64,000 nt of DNA, taken from Octopus sinensis (Eukaryota). The position numbers and the translations under genes are program-made. Numbering within the stretch: position 1 is the stretch's first letter; the number at the start of each line of letters is the position of its first letter. The stretch lies in NCBI RefSeq assembly GCF_006345805.1, contig NC_043009.1, positions 62,124,001 through 62,188,000 on the forward strand. The letters are read 5' to 3'. Positions 50,712-63,519 of this stretch are shown here, in pieces. A model generated the notes under the pieces. That model ran no database searches and had not been told where the DNA came from. It saw nothing but the letters and a program-made list of their open reading frames with translations.

Positions 50712-50744
50712 TTTAACGTTTCGAGCGGAGCTCTTCGTCGGAAA
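50712..50744 (-). ncRNA. Minimal hammerhead-like motif (U4C variant)
   Basis: gttt CCGACGA A GAGC tcc GCTC GAAAC GTT aaac. Confidence 0.58.
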
Positions 50745-50867
50745 CATATGAGAAGGAAAGATCCAGAGAAGGGAAGACAGAGGAAAAAATCGCCAACGGT
50801 ACACACGAGGTCACATTCATACTGGAGCGCACATATACATCCATATCCATGAGTACACATATATTTA

Positions 50868-50906
<39 letters not shown>

Positions 50907-51362
50907 AATAATAATAATAATATTATTAGTAATAATAATAATATTATTATTAATAATAATAATAATAATGATAATAATAATAATGATAATAATAATAATA
51001 ATAATAATAATAATAGTAATAATAATAATAATATAATAATATTAGATTCAGTGTAATCTCCACTTCACAATACATAGTATAGCAGATTCAAATATATAGT
51101 ATGCTATAATATAATATAAACAGATAGTTATGAAAGATGTAGTCTTATTAATTTTAAAATCACAGTCAATATATTCATATATCATATAGTTAGACTAGAA
51201 TTATAACATTATTATTCTGCATACATATAAGTCCACGCGTGTGTGCACCAAATAGATGTGCAGGCATAAATATACATACGTACAAATATACATCAATATC
51301 TATATGAAAATTCTTTTCCTTTTCATCGTAACGAAAGTATACGTACATGATAAAACACCAAA

Positions 51363-51533
51363 TCTTTATATATAAAAGTGAAGTTGTGTGTCTGTCTCCT
51401 ACGATTTAGATTCCTAACTACTCCCACATTTTGCGGTGCAGTGTAACCAAAAGCGGGTATCTTATAGTCGTGATTCATATCGAGCCCTTCTGGGTATTAG
51501 CGCGCGTCTACGATGAGGCTACGATACTGCTAG
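51363..51533 (+). mobile_element. Internally deleted non-autonomous Helitron (family of 12369-12763)
   Basis: Same A|TCTTTATATATAAAAG start and GATACTGCTAG|T end; the middle about 225 bp, including the 3' hairpin, is missing. Confidence 0.85.
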
Positions 51534-51838
51534 TTTATAATATAATTTCACAGAATATTACGTAATAAAAGTTCCTGTATTAAGAGATAAGAGATAAGCT
51601 GCATGAGTCTTGTTATTCGTTATATATTAATGTTTTAGTGGTTTAAATCTATCGGGGATTGGGGAGCGATTATTTTTAATCATAAGCTAAATCTAATTGG
51701 TTAACAAATTTGAATTTCTTTCTCAGTTACGGTTGTTGATTGAAGACCGAATGAGTAAAACAAACTGTAAATATATCATGAATAACTGAAAATGTTAATA
51801 CTATTTATATATACCTATCTTAACCTACATATCAATAT

Positions 51839-51890
<52 letters not shown>

Positions 51891-51967
51891 CGATATATTA
51901 TATACACATACATACATATATAATATATACACACATAGATATAAATACATATATATATATAATATAT

Positions 51968-52000
<33 letters not shown>

Positions 52001-52019
52001 TATAATATACATATATAAT

Positions 52020-55000
52020 ATAATTCGAGACAAAACCACTATTTTAAAACCAAACAACAACAAGAAAAGATTTAATCAATACATAAAATTTTAATATAAA
52101 TTAAATAACCGCCACAACAATTGTTTCATGTCTGCTACCGACAATCTTCAGGTGGATTTTCGATCTAAAAATATCAATATTTTAAAATATAATTTAATAA
52201 ATTTAAAATAATAAAATAATAAAATTATCAATAAAATACAAATATATAAATCTATATAATCTATATATTATCTATATATAATCAATATATAATCTAAAAT
52301 AATCTAAAATAAACCCTATAAACAATTTAATATAAAAACCTATTATAAAAGTTCTCATATTTAAAAATGTACAAAAACCAAAAAACAACAAGCAAAAAAC
52401 AAAAACCAAAAACCAAAAAACAAAAAACAAAAAATAAACTATATATACACACACATACTCATACACTCAACACATTACTTATTCATACTTCCTGACACAC
52501 ACATACAACACTCATTCATAAACAATATACATATACACGCTCACACATACATATGCATACACATACATACAGAACACGATATATACCAATATATAAACAC
52601 CCACACCCATACAGATAAATAAATTACGCAAACAATCACACACACACACACACACACATTCACACATACATAAACACTCAAAAGAAAACCGAACAATTCT
52701 TTGCTCGTGGATATCAAACGTTTTTAAAAAATTATGAATGGAAATGAAATCCATACATACAAGTATAAATATAACTATACAACCCCTAACACAATACACA
52801 CAAATACACACCCATATAGACACACACCCACAAACATAACCATATACACACTCACACATACATATACATACGTACAAATCTCGATAGAAACAAACTTTAA
52901 TAAACGACCATGATAACGAAAACTCATATATATATTAATATATATAAAAAAATAGTGTGTACACGCAGACGGGTGCAATCACACGCACATTCAAAACTTA
53001 CATATATACAAGTGCATAAATAATCACACCCCAATACAAAGCACTCATACACTCCCATCTACACTTACACTTGTACACTCGCACACATACATACACACCC
53101 ATACCTACATACAACAATTCTTATTAAAATAATCATGATAAATAAAATCCATACATACAAGTATAAATATAAAGATACAACACCTTACACAATACACACA
53201 AATACACACACATATATACATACCCACAAACATAACCATATACACACTCACACATACAAATACATACGTACAAAACTCGATACAAACAAATACGCACACA
53301 CACACACATTCACACTACATAAACATACAAAGAAAAACAACATTTCTACAAAATACGATATATAAAATACTTCATTAGTAATCAGATTATCATAAGTAAC
53401 AAGATTAACAAAGGAGAAAATAGACATACCTTCTAATCAGTATCAAATTTTGAAGTGAATTTTAAACACTATCCGTTATTACAATAAAAAAATTACGTTA
53501 CCATGGAACCGAACATATAAAATAATTTGCGCTACGTAAAAACATCGTCATTAAAATTATGAATGGAATATAAAATTCTTTGAGCGTAGTAAACAAACGT
53601 AAATTAAAAATTATGAATGGAATATACAAACCTTTCTACAAATTCTTTAAAAAAACCATAAAAACGAAAACTCATATAGATATTAATATATATATAAAAA
53701 AATGAGTGTGTACACGCAGACGGGTGCAATCACACAGACATTCAAAACTTGCATGTATACAAGTGCATAATTAATCACACTCAATTACATAGCACTCATA
53801 CACTACCGCATCTATACTTACACTTGTACACACGCATACATACATTCACACCCATACCTACATACAAAATACTTATTAAACTAATCATGATAATGAAGTC
53901 CATACATACAAATATAAAGATAAAGATAAAACCCCTTTCATACACAATACACACAAATACACACATATATACACACAACCACAAACATAACCATATACAC
54001 CCTCACACATACATATACATACTTACAAACTCGATATATACACTAATATTCATTCCCACACTCAATAAAATATTAAGTAAATACAAAACAAAGAATACCA
54101 TTAAATACCAACTATAATTAAAGCCTAAACATATACTAAAAATATATATATGGTACTCTAAACTAAAAACAAATTAACCTAAAGTAACCTTTAATAGGGG
54201 GCTATTAATTTTATTATTTTATTAATTTATTTATTTATCATTTATGAATGGAAATAAAATTCATACATACAAGTATAAATATAACTATACAACCCCTAAC
54301 ACAATACACACAAATACACACCCATATATACACACACCCACAAACATAACCATATACACACTCACACATACATATACATACGTACAAATCTCAATACAAA
54401 CAAACTTTAATAAAACGACCATGATAAACGAAAACTCATATATATATATATATTAATAATATATATATAAAAGTGTGTACACGCAGACGGGTGCAATCAC
54501 ACGCACATTCAAACTTACATGTATACAAGTGCATAAATAATATCACAAAACCAATTACATAGCACTCATACACTCCCACATCTACACTTACACTTATACA
54601 CACCTCAGACATACATACACACCCATACCTACATACAAAATTCTTATTAAAATAATCATGATAAATAAAATCCATACATACATGTATAAATATAAAGATA
54701 CAACCCCTTCATAATAACACAAATACAACACATATATACACAACCCCACAAACATAACCATATACACACACTCACACATACAAATACATACGTACAAAAC
54801 TCGATACAAGCAAATACGCACACGCACACACATTCACACATACATAAACATACAAAAGAAAAACTAAAAAACGAAAACTCATATAGATATTAATATATAT
54901 ATAAATAAAAATGAGTGTGTACACGCAGACGGGTGCAATCACACGGACATTCAAAACTTGCATGTATACAAGTGCATAAATAATCACACTCAATTACATA

Positions 55001-55450
55001 GCACTCATACACTACCGCATCTATACTTACACTTGTACACACGCACACCTACATACACACCCATACCTACATGCAAAATTCTTATTAAACTAATCATGAT
55101 AATGAAGTCCATACATACAAATATAAAGATAAAGATAAAACCCCTTTATACACAATACACACAAATACACACACATATATACACACACATATATACACAC
55201 ACCCACAAACATAACCATATACACACTCACACATACATATACATACGTACAAGCTCGATATATACACTAATATTCATTCCCACACTCAATAAAATATTAA
55301 GTAAATACAAAACAAAAAAATACCAATTAAATACTAACTATAATTAAAGCCTAAACTATATAACTAAAAAAATATATATATATATATGGTACTCTAAACT
55401 AAAAACAAATTAACCTAAAGTAACATACACACACTAACCTATGTAATAAC
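52020..55450. repeat. Hammerhead-capped, CA-rich complex satellite (about 750-bp period with deletions)
   Basis: Marker gtgtacacgcagacgggtgcaatcacac at about 52955, 53706, 54473 and 54914; hammerhead arm at 52020-52200; appears to be the reverse complement of the 46.8-47.9 kb interior family. Confidence 0.8.
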
Positions 55451-56479
55451 AATAAGTAAAGTTATATAATATTTTATTCTACTTTATGTAAAAACTACGT
55501 AATTTTTTAATGTAAATTTTCTTAGTAACTAAAATGTGTAATAAATAGATACACAGTGTTTATCTCCCGTTATTACAATGTAAATCGTTAAATTTACTTG
55601 CAAATTATCAAACGTAAACAATATATTAGGTACTTAGGTTTGAAGCACCAAGTCAGTTCGGTATTATCTGCGCAGCTCGAAGTAACGTGAAAAAAAAAGC
55701 AAAATAAGCAACAGGATATCAGGTAATAATACAGTACGATCGTTTCAAGCGGTTCCATCAATTTGAACAATGCAATCATTACATCAATTTAAATATCTTC
55801 AGCTGCACAAATATGAAATTGAAAAGACAAGATACGTTAATATAAGTTTTCTTAAATATTTTATCAGAATAAGAGGATGGAATAAATTCATGTTGTCGCT
55901 ATTGTAGCAAGAATGGCTAAGAGAACAGACAATTTTTTAGAGTGGTTTGGAACATCTATCTATCTCTTTATCATCAACTTAAATATAAGACTAGAAAATG
56001 AAAGAAGGGATATAACATTTTTTTTAATAAAATAGAATTTTAAAAAACAAAAAATAAAAAAAATATTTTATAAGAAAGGTCTATCGAAGATATCACTGGA
56101 AGGAGGGGTAGTGTACAGTCGAAATGGAGTTTGAGTTCAGCGAGTAAAGATGTAAAGATGTAGCGCAGTTCAAGGCGAAGTGTGGTGTTGGTGGATCCGT
56201 GGTGTAGGGCAGGCCTGGCCAATTGGAATTACTTTGCGGGCCATTTTAATCATAGAAAATCTTTTGAGGGCCGGTTGTATACTTTATGCACTAATTGTCA
56301 AATAAACAAATTACAGATCAAGAATTTTCCGTACTTTTCTTTTGTTTAAAATTATAAAATTGTAGGGTATTCGTTTATTGCCACTTATAAATTCTAAATA
56401 TATTTTTAAACAAATGTATTACACAAACAATTTTATTTTGAAATTAAGCACAATACTTCAAGAAAATATCAAGTGTGCC

Positions 56480-57170
56480 CCAGGTTCGCAAGCCCTGGTG
56501 TTCGGGCAAGCCTGAAGACAGTGAAGTGCGAGGTGGAGTGGCCTGCTGAGCAAAAATGACGGGTAACAGGAGTATTTCTCTGCAGGCGGACATTCCATAG
56601 GTGTTCTCTGAAACGGTTGGCCAACCGACAGACCGTCTGACCAACATATAGACGGATGCGTAGATTGCATCGGATGCAGTATATAAGGTTATATTAAGTG
56701 CAGGAAAAGAGTTCCGGATGTAGAGGGCATGCTGGTTAGATCCAGTGAAGGAGGTGGTGATGAACGGACAGGTGTGGAATAGGGATCTGGAGCAAGGGAA
56801 GGATCCGAGATGGGAGGCTGTTGGGGGGAGGAAAGAGCTACGGACCAGTAGGCCGCATAGGTTGCGGGCACGCTTAAAGGAGTGCAAGGGTGAGTTGGGT
56901 AAAATAGGGAAGGTGGTGGGATTTAGTTTTTGACGAATAAGGTCCGTAGGGTATTCTTTCGAAGGGGAAGGCTGGAGGGTGGCAAAGGATGGGAGAAGAG
57001 ATGTGGTTGGGAGGCCGGTGTGGGGAAGAAGAGAGGGCTGTGGTACGATTGACTTGGCGAGCACGGGTAAGGGCAGTTCGGACAAAGGTGAATGGATATC
57101 CACGACGCATGAAGAAGAGAGCAAAGTTTTTATATATAAGTGCCTGATGTGCGTGTGTGAGTGAAAGAAA
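56480..57170 (-). mobile_element. Penelope-like element ORF 3' region (post-RT linker and GIY-YIG), frameshifted
   Basis: FMRRGYPFTFVRTALTRAR..; PLHSFKRARNLCGLLVRS..GSFPCSR...TCPFI; alternative frames give the YTAS...YML.RR / RFREH region. Confidence 0.8.
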
Positions 57171-57329
57171 GAATGAACTCCTCATTCATAGTGACTGATG
57201 TATCTATAAGACTCGAGTCCACCTTTATACTCAGACGTGTAATCGATCAACTGGAAATATATATATCTCCGTCGGAGCAACAAGATAAACAACTTAACTT
57301 TTAAAGTTCAGACAGACTTTTGGGTTCAG

Positions 57330-57830
57330 GGAGTTCTTGAGCAAGATTCTTTACTCTCCTAAATTGAGTGTGCACATCTTAGTGCTGTTGATATAAGATT
57401 TGCTCTTTTCTAGTAGTCTCCACTTGATTTCATAATGTACAGCGATTTTATTAAGTATCAAAATTGCTCTGATATCTTGGATATTTAACGATGCTTTGTA
57501 TTCTTTGAACCTGGTCTTGAAGAGGTCTCCTGTGGCAACCAACATCCATCGTCTTACCGGAATCCATCTAGACTACTTCTGCTTCACACATTAGGTTTTT
57601 GTATTCATTACAAGTTATTTGCTCGTATGTCAAATTCTTCTGATTATATTATACCCATCATATAGTTCAACTTCAGATTGCTCAATACTTGTCCAAAATA
57701 TAACTTCAAAAATTTATCAATCAATGTTTTACGTCTGTTCAATATTCTTTTTCCATAGGTGTAGATGTAAGAGACATCTTTCATAAAAAAAAGCAATATT
57801 TAAACTTTCTTAACTTTTCCACTGCCTTCA
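57330..57830 (-). mobile_element. Second Penelope-like endonuclease fragment
   Basis: ATGDLFKTRFKEYKAS...YEIKWRLLEKSKSYINSTKMCTLNLGE. Confidence 0.7.
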
Positions 57831-58247
57831 CCATTTTCATTCCGTTTTCTCAAATCTTTGCATATTAAAAAAAAAAAAATAAGAAAGAAAGAAAAAGAAT
57901 TCTCACCTTTTTCATCATTCTATATTTATAATTAAGCTTAGCGTTTCTAGTTCAAAATCTACTGCTCTGATATTTTCATTCTCCATGGTTAGAATTGAAA
58001 AGAATGCGACGTTTATGCACTTCAACGAATTATTTTATCAGTATCTAGAAGTGTTCTCGGGAAAGTAAAACCAGGATTTCAAGCCGGCTGGTTTGGTGGT
58101 TTGATATGGTGGCCGCATGGATAAAAGAAAGGAAAATGTGTGCTATAGGGCGGACGAAAATTATTCGGATGATTTCTGGTGGATAAAATTTTAGTGTAGT
58201 GATCGAGGGCAGGTTCGCGATGGGATCTTTAAACGTATGTGGTGTAT

Positions 58248-58287
<40 letters not shown>

Positions 58288-58296
58288 TTATATATA

Positions 58297-58353
<57 letters not shown>

Positions 58354-58971
58354 ATATATATATATTTCCTCGCTCTTTCGGAACATCAATCTTCTGTATT
58401 GACCGCTTTCCACCACTTTGATCTGTTTTTTGTATTGAATACGTATCGCCACCGTGGGCCACTGCATCGACACTTTTGAACATATACTTCAAACTATATA
58501 TCAACTATACATGAAATATATCAACTATACATGAACTCTAAGATGTCTGACTCCGTTGTGTATTATAAATGAATTTCTTGTGTTTGACGGCATGAGCTGT
58601 CTCTTTTATATATAACTTTTTTGATAAGGTTCATTTCAGGAACTGAAACAGTGTTATAATGTATATAAAAATTAAAACTGTATAATACAGCAGCATTTTC
58701 GACCTTCATTTTTTACAATATATATAGATATATATATATACTATATTATATATTATATATATATATATATTATATATATATATAATATATATGCATGTAT
58801 ATTTATGCATGTATTCGTATACGTTTTTATATATAAGGCCTGATGTGTGTGGTGAGCGAAAGAAAGAATAAACTCCTCATTTATGGTGATTGATATACCT
58901 ATAAGGCTCGAGTCAATTAAAATAGAGTTATTGTTGTCAGAAACAGTTGAGACAAGCATACATTACATACG

Positions 58972-59013
<42 letters not shown>

Positions 59014-59043
59014 ACACACACACCACACACATATATATATATT

Positions 59044-59074
<31 letters not shown>

Positions 59075-59128
<54 letters not shown>

Positions 59129-59130
59129 TG
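59075..59130. repeat. (GATA)n microsatellite, preceded by (CA)n/(TA)n/(TG)n
   Basis: Direct reading. Confidence 0.95.
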
Positions 59131-59169
59131 ATATCTTTAAAACTTTTTTACGGGAAACATTTTGAATAC

Positions 59170-60450
59170 GCCAATAAGTCTCCTATTCCAATTTGTGAAA
59201 CCATTCTATTGTCGTATATGGTACTATGAGCTGCGGTTGCTTCGTATTTCCCCTCCAATTTTATTCCATTTAGTTTTGTATTTTCTAGTTTGTATATGTG
59301 GTATTTTAGATTGTGAGGGATCGCGTATGCAAATTATATATTATGCTTGTTGATGATTCTTTGATATTTGGGAGATCTAATGCTGTGAAGAATTCCTGAC
59401 CAATTTTGGATTTTATTTGCGAATTGAAAAATGCATTAAGCCAAAAGATTTCATCACTTATTTTTCCAATTCTTTTAATACATCTATTGGGTTTGCCAGT
59501 ATATTTTGTTTCTTCTACTTCTACTGTTTTATTATCACTATTTCTATCGGCGTTTAACGGCGCCCTTCTTTCTACCTCTGGCTGCTGTTTCGTGGGTTCT
59601 GTTTTATATCTAACCTTCTTAGTGTTATGGGTTTTTCTTTCCCTTTTGATCCATGTTATATTTACTGTTTCCTAGGTTCTGGTATTCTGCTATTACTTAT
59701 ATACTCATCTCTACTATTAATAATGCCCTCTTAGTATCGTGCCTTCTCTGTCTTATTCTGTTCTTATATCCCGCTAAGTTATAATATTCGGCGTGCATAT
59801 CAAATATCTATTCATCCGTGGGTAGTCTGGATATTCTGTTACACAATATTCTTGGGATACTTCGCAGTGTATGTTCCGGATGGTTGGATTCTCAGCTCAT
59901 ATTTAAAAGTTCTCATTTGACTTATGGAAAGATTCATACTTTCCATCGATAAGGCTTTACGTCTAGGAATTTTACCTCTCTATGATTTTTCAATTTCAAC
60001 ATGATCTACCCGATCCCCACAGATACTACGGACTATATTGTAATCATTCCAGGAATACAGACTGCGTTCTTACAAGACATTTGACTTGCGGAAACGTGCA
60101 TAACGATGCATTAAAATATTTATAAATTCTATCCAAGGATTATCATTGTTATTAAAAAGAAATATGCTAAGCTCCATTTTACTTAAATTTTCGTGGATGT
60201 AGAACGTGCCTACATGCTTAGATGTAAAGAACTAGAGTAAATAGAATTTTATAGAAATTCCATTCATCCTGGCCTCTAGGTAAAAATATTTGGGCCTTCA
60301 TTGGTCAGTTTCAGGTCATGCGGACACTAGCAACACGGTAATAGCGATTTTTTCTTTGTAGGCTCCATGTTGTAGAGCAAGATGTTGGTGTCAGGTAATT
60401 GAATCGTTGCAGGGTTTGATATTTTTGTAATGATATTTACCACATGATGA
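59170..60450 (-). mobile_element. Highly decayed Penelope-like reverse transcriptase and linker
   Basis: VKFLDV..SNHPEHTLRSIPRILCNRISRL..GY and IFWLNAFFNSQIKSKIGQEFF, resembling the Penelope FLD..SNHP and WFNPP..IGK.F motifs. Confidence 0.55.
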
Positions 60451-60542
60451 GATAAACGATTCTGCGATCAAGTTACGTATTAAATTACATATCAAGCATG
60501 TAGGAATGAGTTACAGAGTTGTTAGGGGATATAACAATGAAC

Positions 60543-61360
60543 TTAATTATTTTCCGCAGCTATGTTAACATTCCTTTTTTCCTCTTCATTTGTCTCTATT
60601 CCCCTGGAAAATATATAAACCTCATCATAATATTGACTGTTGCCGTCTTCGAATTGTTGTAAGTGAGCTTGCGGTCGAATCTCCACCAAGTCTGCACATT
60701 CACTATACGCTTCAAACAGCTCTCTGAAACTAATAATTTCATATTCAAACACTTTCTGATGGTTAGATTTCTTTCTAACAATCACAGGAGCTCCCCATCC
60801 AGGGTGTGTCGGTCTCAATCGTAACAGAGTTTTCACTACAAAGTACTTCTCTGATATTCCCTTTTCTTGCGTAATAACCACTTTAGCCGAGTTGTTTGTA
60901 TTCAAAGTAAACTCGGCGGTATCCGACCATGAGGTGGTCGTATCTGTCTTATCTTCCTGGCTATTATCACGTTTCCCACCGGCATTGAACTCTAATCCTG
61001 CTGCTTTTATCGATACTTTTCCTCCAATACTGTAATTCTTTTGTAATTTTACCGACCGAGACTCCATTTGCGAACCCTGTGCGTTGAATATATGTTTCTG
61101 CGGTCCGGTTATCTGGCACGTGTATGTGGTTGAGTATTGAGTCAGGGATTTTGTTGGCTCTTTTCGCAGAGGCACTTCAGATTCAAGAAAATCCTCGAAA
61201 CTAAAGTAACTCCACCGAATTTCAATATGATAGGCATTTCGTCGATAGAAACATCTTCTAAGACACGAAAAATGAAGACTTTTCAGAAACTTTTTCCAAA
61301 CTAAATCTTCAATTAGCTTCTGTATATCGATTTCTATTGCATATCTTGGGTTTACTTTAC
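60543..61360 (-). CDS. Terminal coding exon (271 aa) of a putative aerolysin/ETX-MTX2-type (LIN-24-like) beta-pore-forming protein; upstream exon not located
   Basis: Acceptor CTTCTCTCTGTTTTTCAG| at 61361 and a stop-free 818-bp exon ending in TAA at 60543. Contains STTYTCQITGPQKHIF, the alternating S/T-rich SRSVKLQKNYSIGGKVSIKAAGLEFNAGG and TTTSWSDTAEFTLNTNNSAKVVITQE. The N-terminal VCVC part of the ORF is the intronic (CA)n. Confidence 0.7.
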
Positions 61361-61414
61361 CTGAAAAACAGAGAGAAGAACAGATATCAATAACTATACA
61401 ACACACACACACAA

Positions 61415-61491
<77 letters not shown>

Positions 61492-61639
61492 GGTAAAGCA
61501 ACGACAAGCAAGCTAGATATGTCTATTTTCATATAAAAATACATTTACTCGAAAAGAAAAATATAAATGTGTGTGGATATTAAGACTTCCAGAAAAAAAC
61601 GATATCACAAATAAATCAGGTAGAGTTTTATAAGCCTTA

Positions 61640-61950
61640 CGGTCGCTGCAGGGTGTATATCGGCGGCACTGTGGACTTTAAACGCCATTATCGTGCTCAT
61701 ATGAATTCTTCCACTAATCCAAAATCTAAACTATCTACCTCTTTAGCAACACATATGTATAACCACAAATCATAAGATATCCAATACGCCCTGTCATGGT
61801 GTATAGCAGGTGAAGATCCCCCCTACAATACAAATATAGGTAAATGTGAATTATGTGTAAGAGTCACTATTCTTCGTCTCCACAACTCCTCGATGTTAAA
61901 TAAATTCTTTGACGCTATTTATTCATGTAAGCATAAATACTACTCGACTT
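61640..61950 (+). mobile_element. Penelope-like GIY-YIG fragment, degenerate
   Basis: VYIGGTVDFKRHYRAHMNS..STSLATHMY..LSWCI..YNTNIGKCELC..LNK..SCKHK. Confidence 0.75.
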
Positions 61951-62111
61951 CAATGCACTTCGCTAATTCTAAATAATCCTATAACAAGCCTCCATACCCA
62001 TTAAAACTGTAATCTAAAACAGAGTCAACCTGACAATCGCTATCTATCCCATTCCGAATAGTTTATATATATATATATATCTATTATTATATATATATCT
62101 ATATATATATA

Positions 62112-62164
<53 letters not shown>

Positions 62165-62330
62165 TATAATATATCTATAGATATATATGTTATATATATA
62201 TAATATATATTATATATATATAATATATATATATAACAGTTACGATGTACTAACAGACAGTTACATTCTTAAATGTTAAACATTAAAATATTAAATATAG
62301 AAAATTTATTGAATTATAAAAAGCTATGAA

Positions 62331-62423
62331 TCCTGATGATTGGGGTTGCATGTTAAGACAGTTTTCTGAAAAAGACTGAGTGCTTAGGCAACGTTAAACG
62401 CACCTCATGAAACATGTGTAGAA
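62331..62423 (+). ncRNA. Hammerhead motif downstream of the 61.6-kb GIY-YIG fragment
   Basis: tc CTGATGA ttggggttgc...gcacctcat GAAAC atgt GTA ga; imperfect stems I and II. Confidence 0.55.
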
Positions 62424-62628
62424 GAGAAATTTGGAACTGAAATAGTAAGTATTAAAATAAAATTCTATAATATGGTGTGATGTATATTAGGATTTGATGA
62501 ATTGCATGGGGACTTCTATCTCTAAATAATACACACACACACACAACACACACACACACACACATGTAAATTAACAGAATGATATAAAAATCCATGGTTG
62601 TGAAAGATTTCAGAACATTTATAAAGAG

Positions 62629-62675
62629 GTCTACAGCTGTTTCCAGGATATCTTATAAATCCCTTCATCGGAGAC
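62629..62675 (-). ncRNA. Degenerate hammerhead-like motif (U4C variant)
   Basis: gtct CCGATGA A GGGAT ttataagat ATCCT G GAAAC agct GTA gacc. Confidence 0.45.
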
Positions 62676-62947
62676 AGTGTGAGAAAACGGTTAAGCAATA
62701 GTTATTCTAGATAAGATATGAAATAGAGAGTGAAGTGGAGGAATGAAAATAGACGTGAGATATGCAGGGATATTGTATCTGCAGTTCCATTATTTAGGCA
62801 GAATGGTATACATACAGGATTCCTGTACCTTGTGAGTAAGTTCCAATAGTATTTAAAAGTGGTCATTCCAGGCATAGAGTTTGTAAACGTGTGTTATGAA
62901 TCGGATTTTTTTCATATATAAAATAACATAACAGTTTATATATATAG

Positions 62948-63005
<58 letters not shown>

Positions 63006-63519
63006 CAAATTTACAGAAAAACAAAAGATGAAGACAGGCGCAGAAGCAGCAAACAAGTGTATTAGTTTAACACTTGGGCAGAATGGAATAGTCTTTTATG
63101 TCTCGAGCCTACGCTCTTCGACAGAAAGGATTAAGAGGCAAAAAAAAAAGGACGGAGAATGCCCACAAGCGATGTGAAAGCACAAACCAAAGTCATGTCC
63201 CTTGTTTTGAAGTTGTCTTAAACGATACGCTTGTTCTTTTGTCCGGTCAACTACTTTTTCACCCTCTTCTTAGTCTCTTAAAACTTGGATCGCCGGAGAC
63301 TACACCAGCAACTTCACCAAGCTTGCTTGGTTAGGGAGGGGATTACTGGACATCCTGCAGGGTAAAAAACAAAAACCTGTCAATGTAGGGAGAAACTGAT
63401 GTGAGTCAACGACCATCCAATAGCATGTACATATCTATGTTACAGTCAGGACTGATTTTTCTCGTTTCCCTGATTTTTCCTGCTACTGGCTACCAAGTAA
63501 CTCAATGCTACCTGCCACA

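Noticed and set aside
56200-56300. Possible hAT-type MITE left end (caggcctggcc...gcgggcc)
   Set aside because: No matching right-hand inverted repeat or TSD found.
61361-61544. N-terminal 61 aa of the 333-aa ORF (VCVCVC) as a Cys-rich leader of the pore-forming protein
   Set aside because: It is a (CA)n/(TA)n tract upstream of a strong splice acceptor, so intronic.
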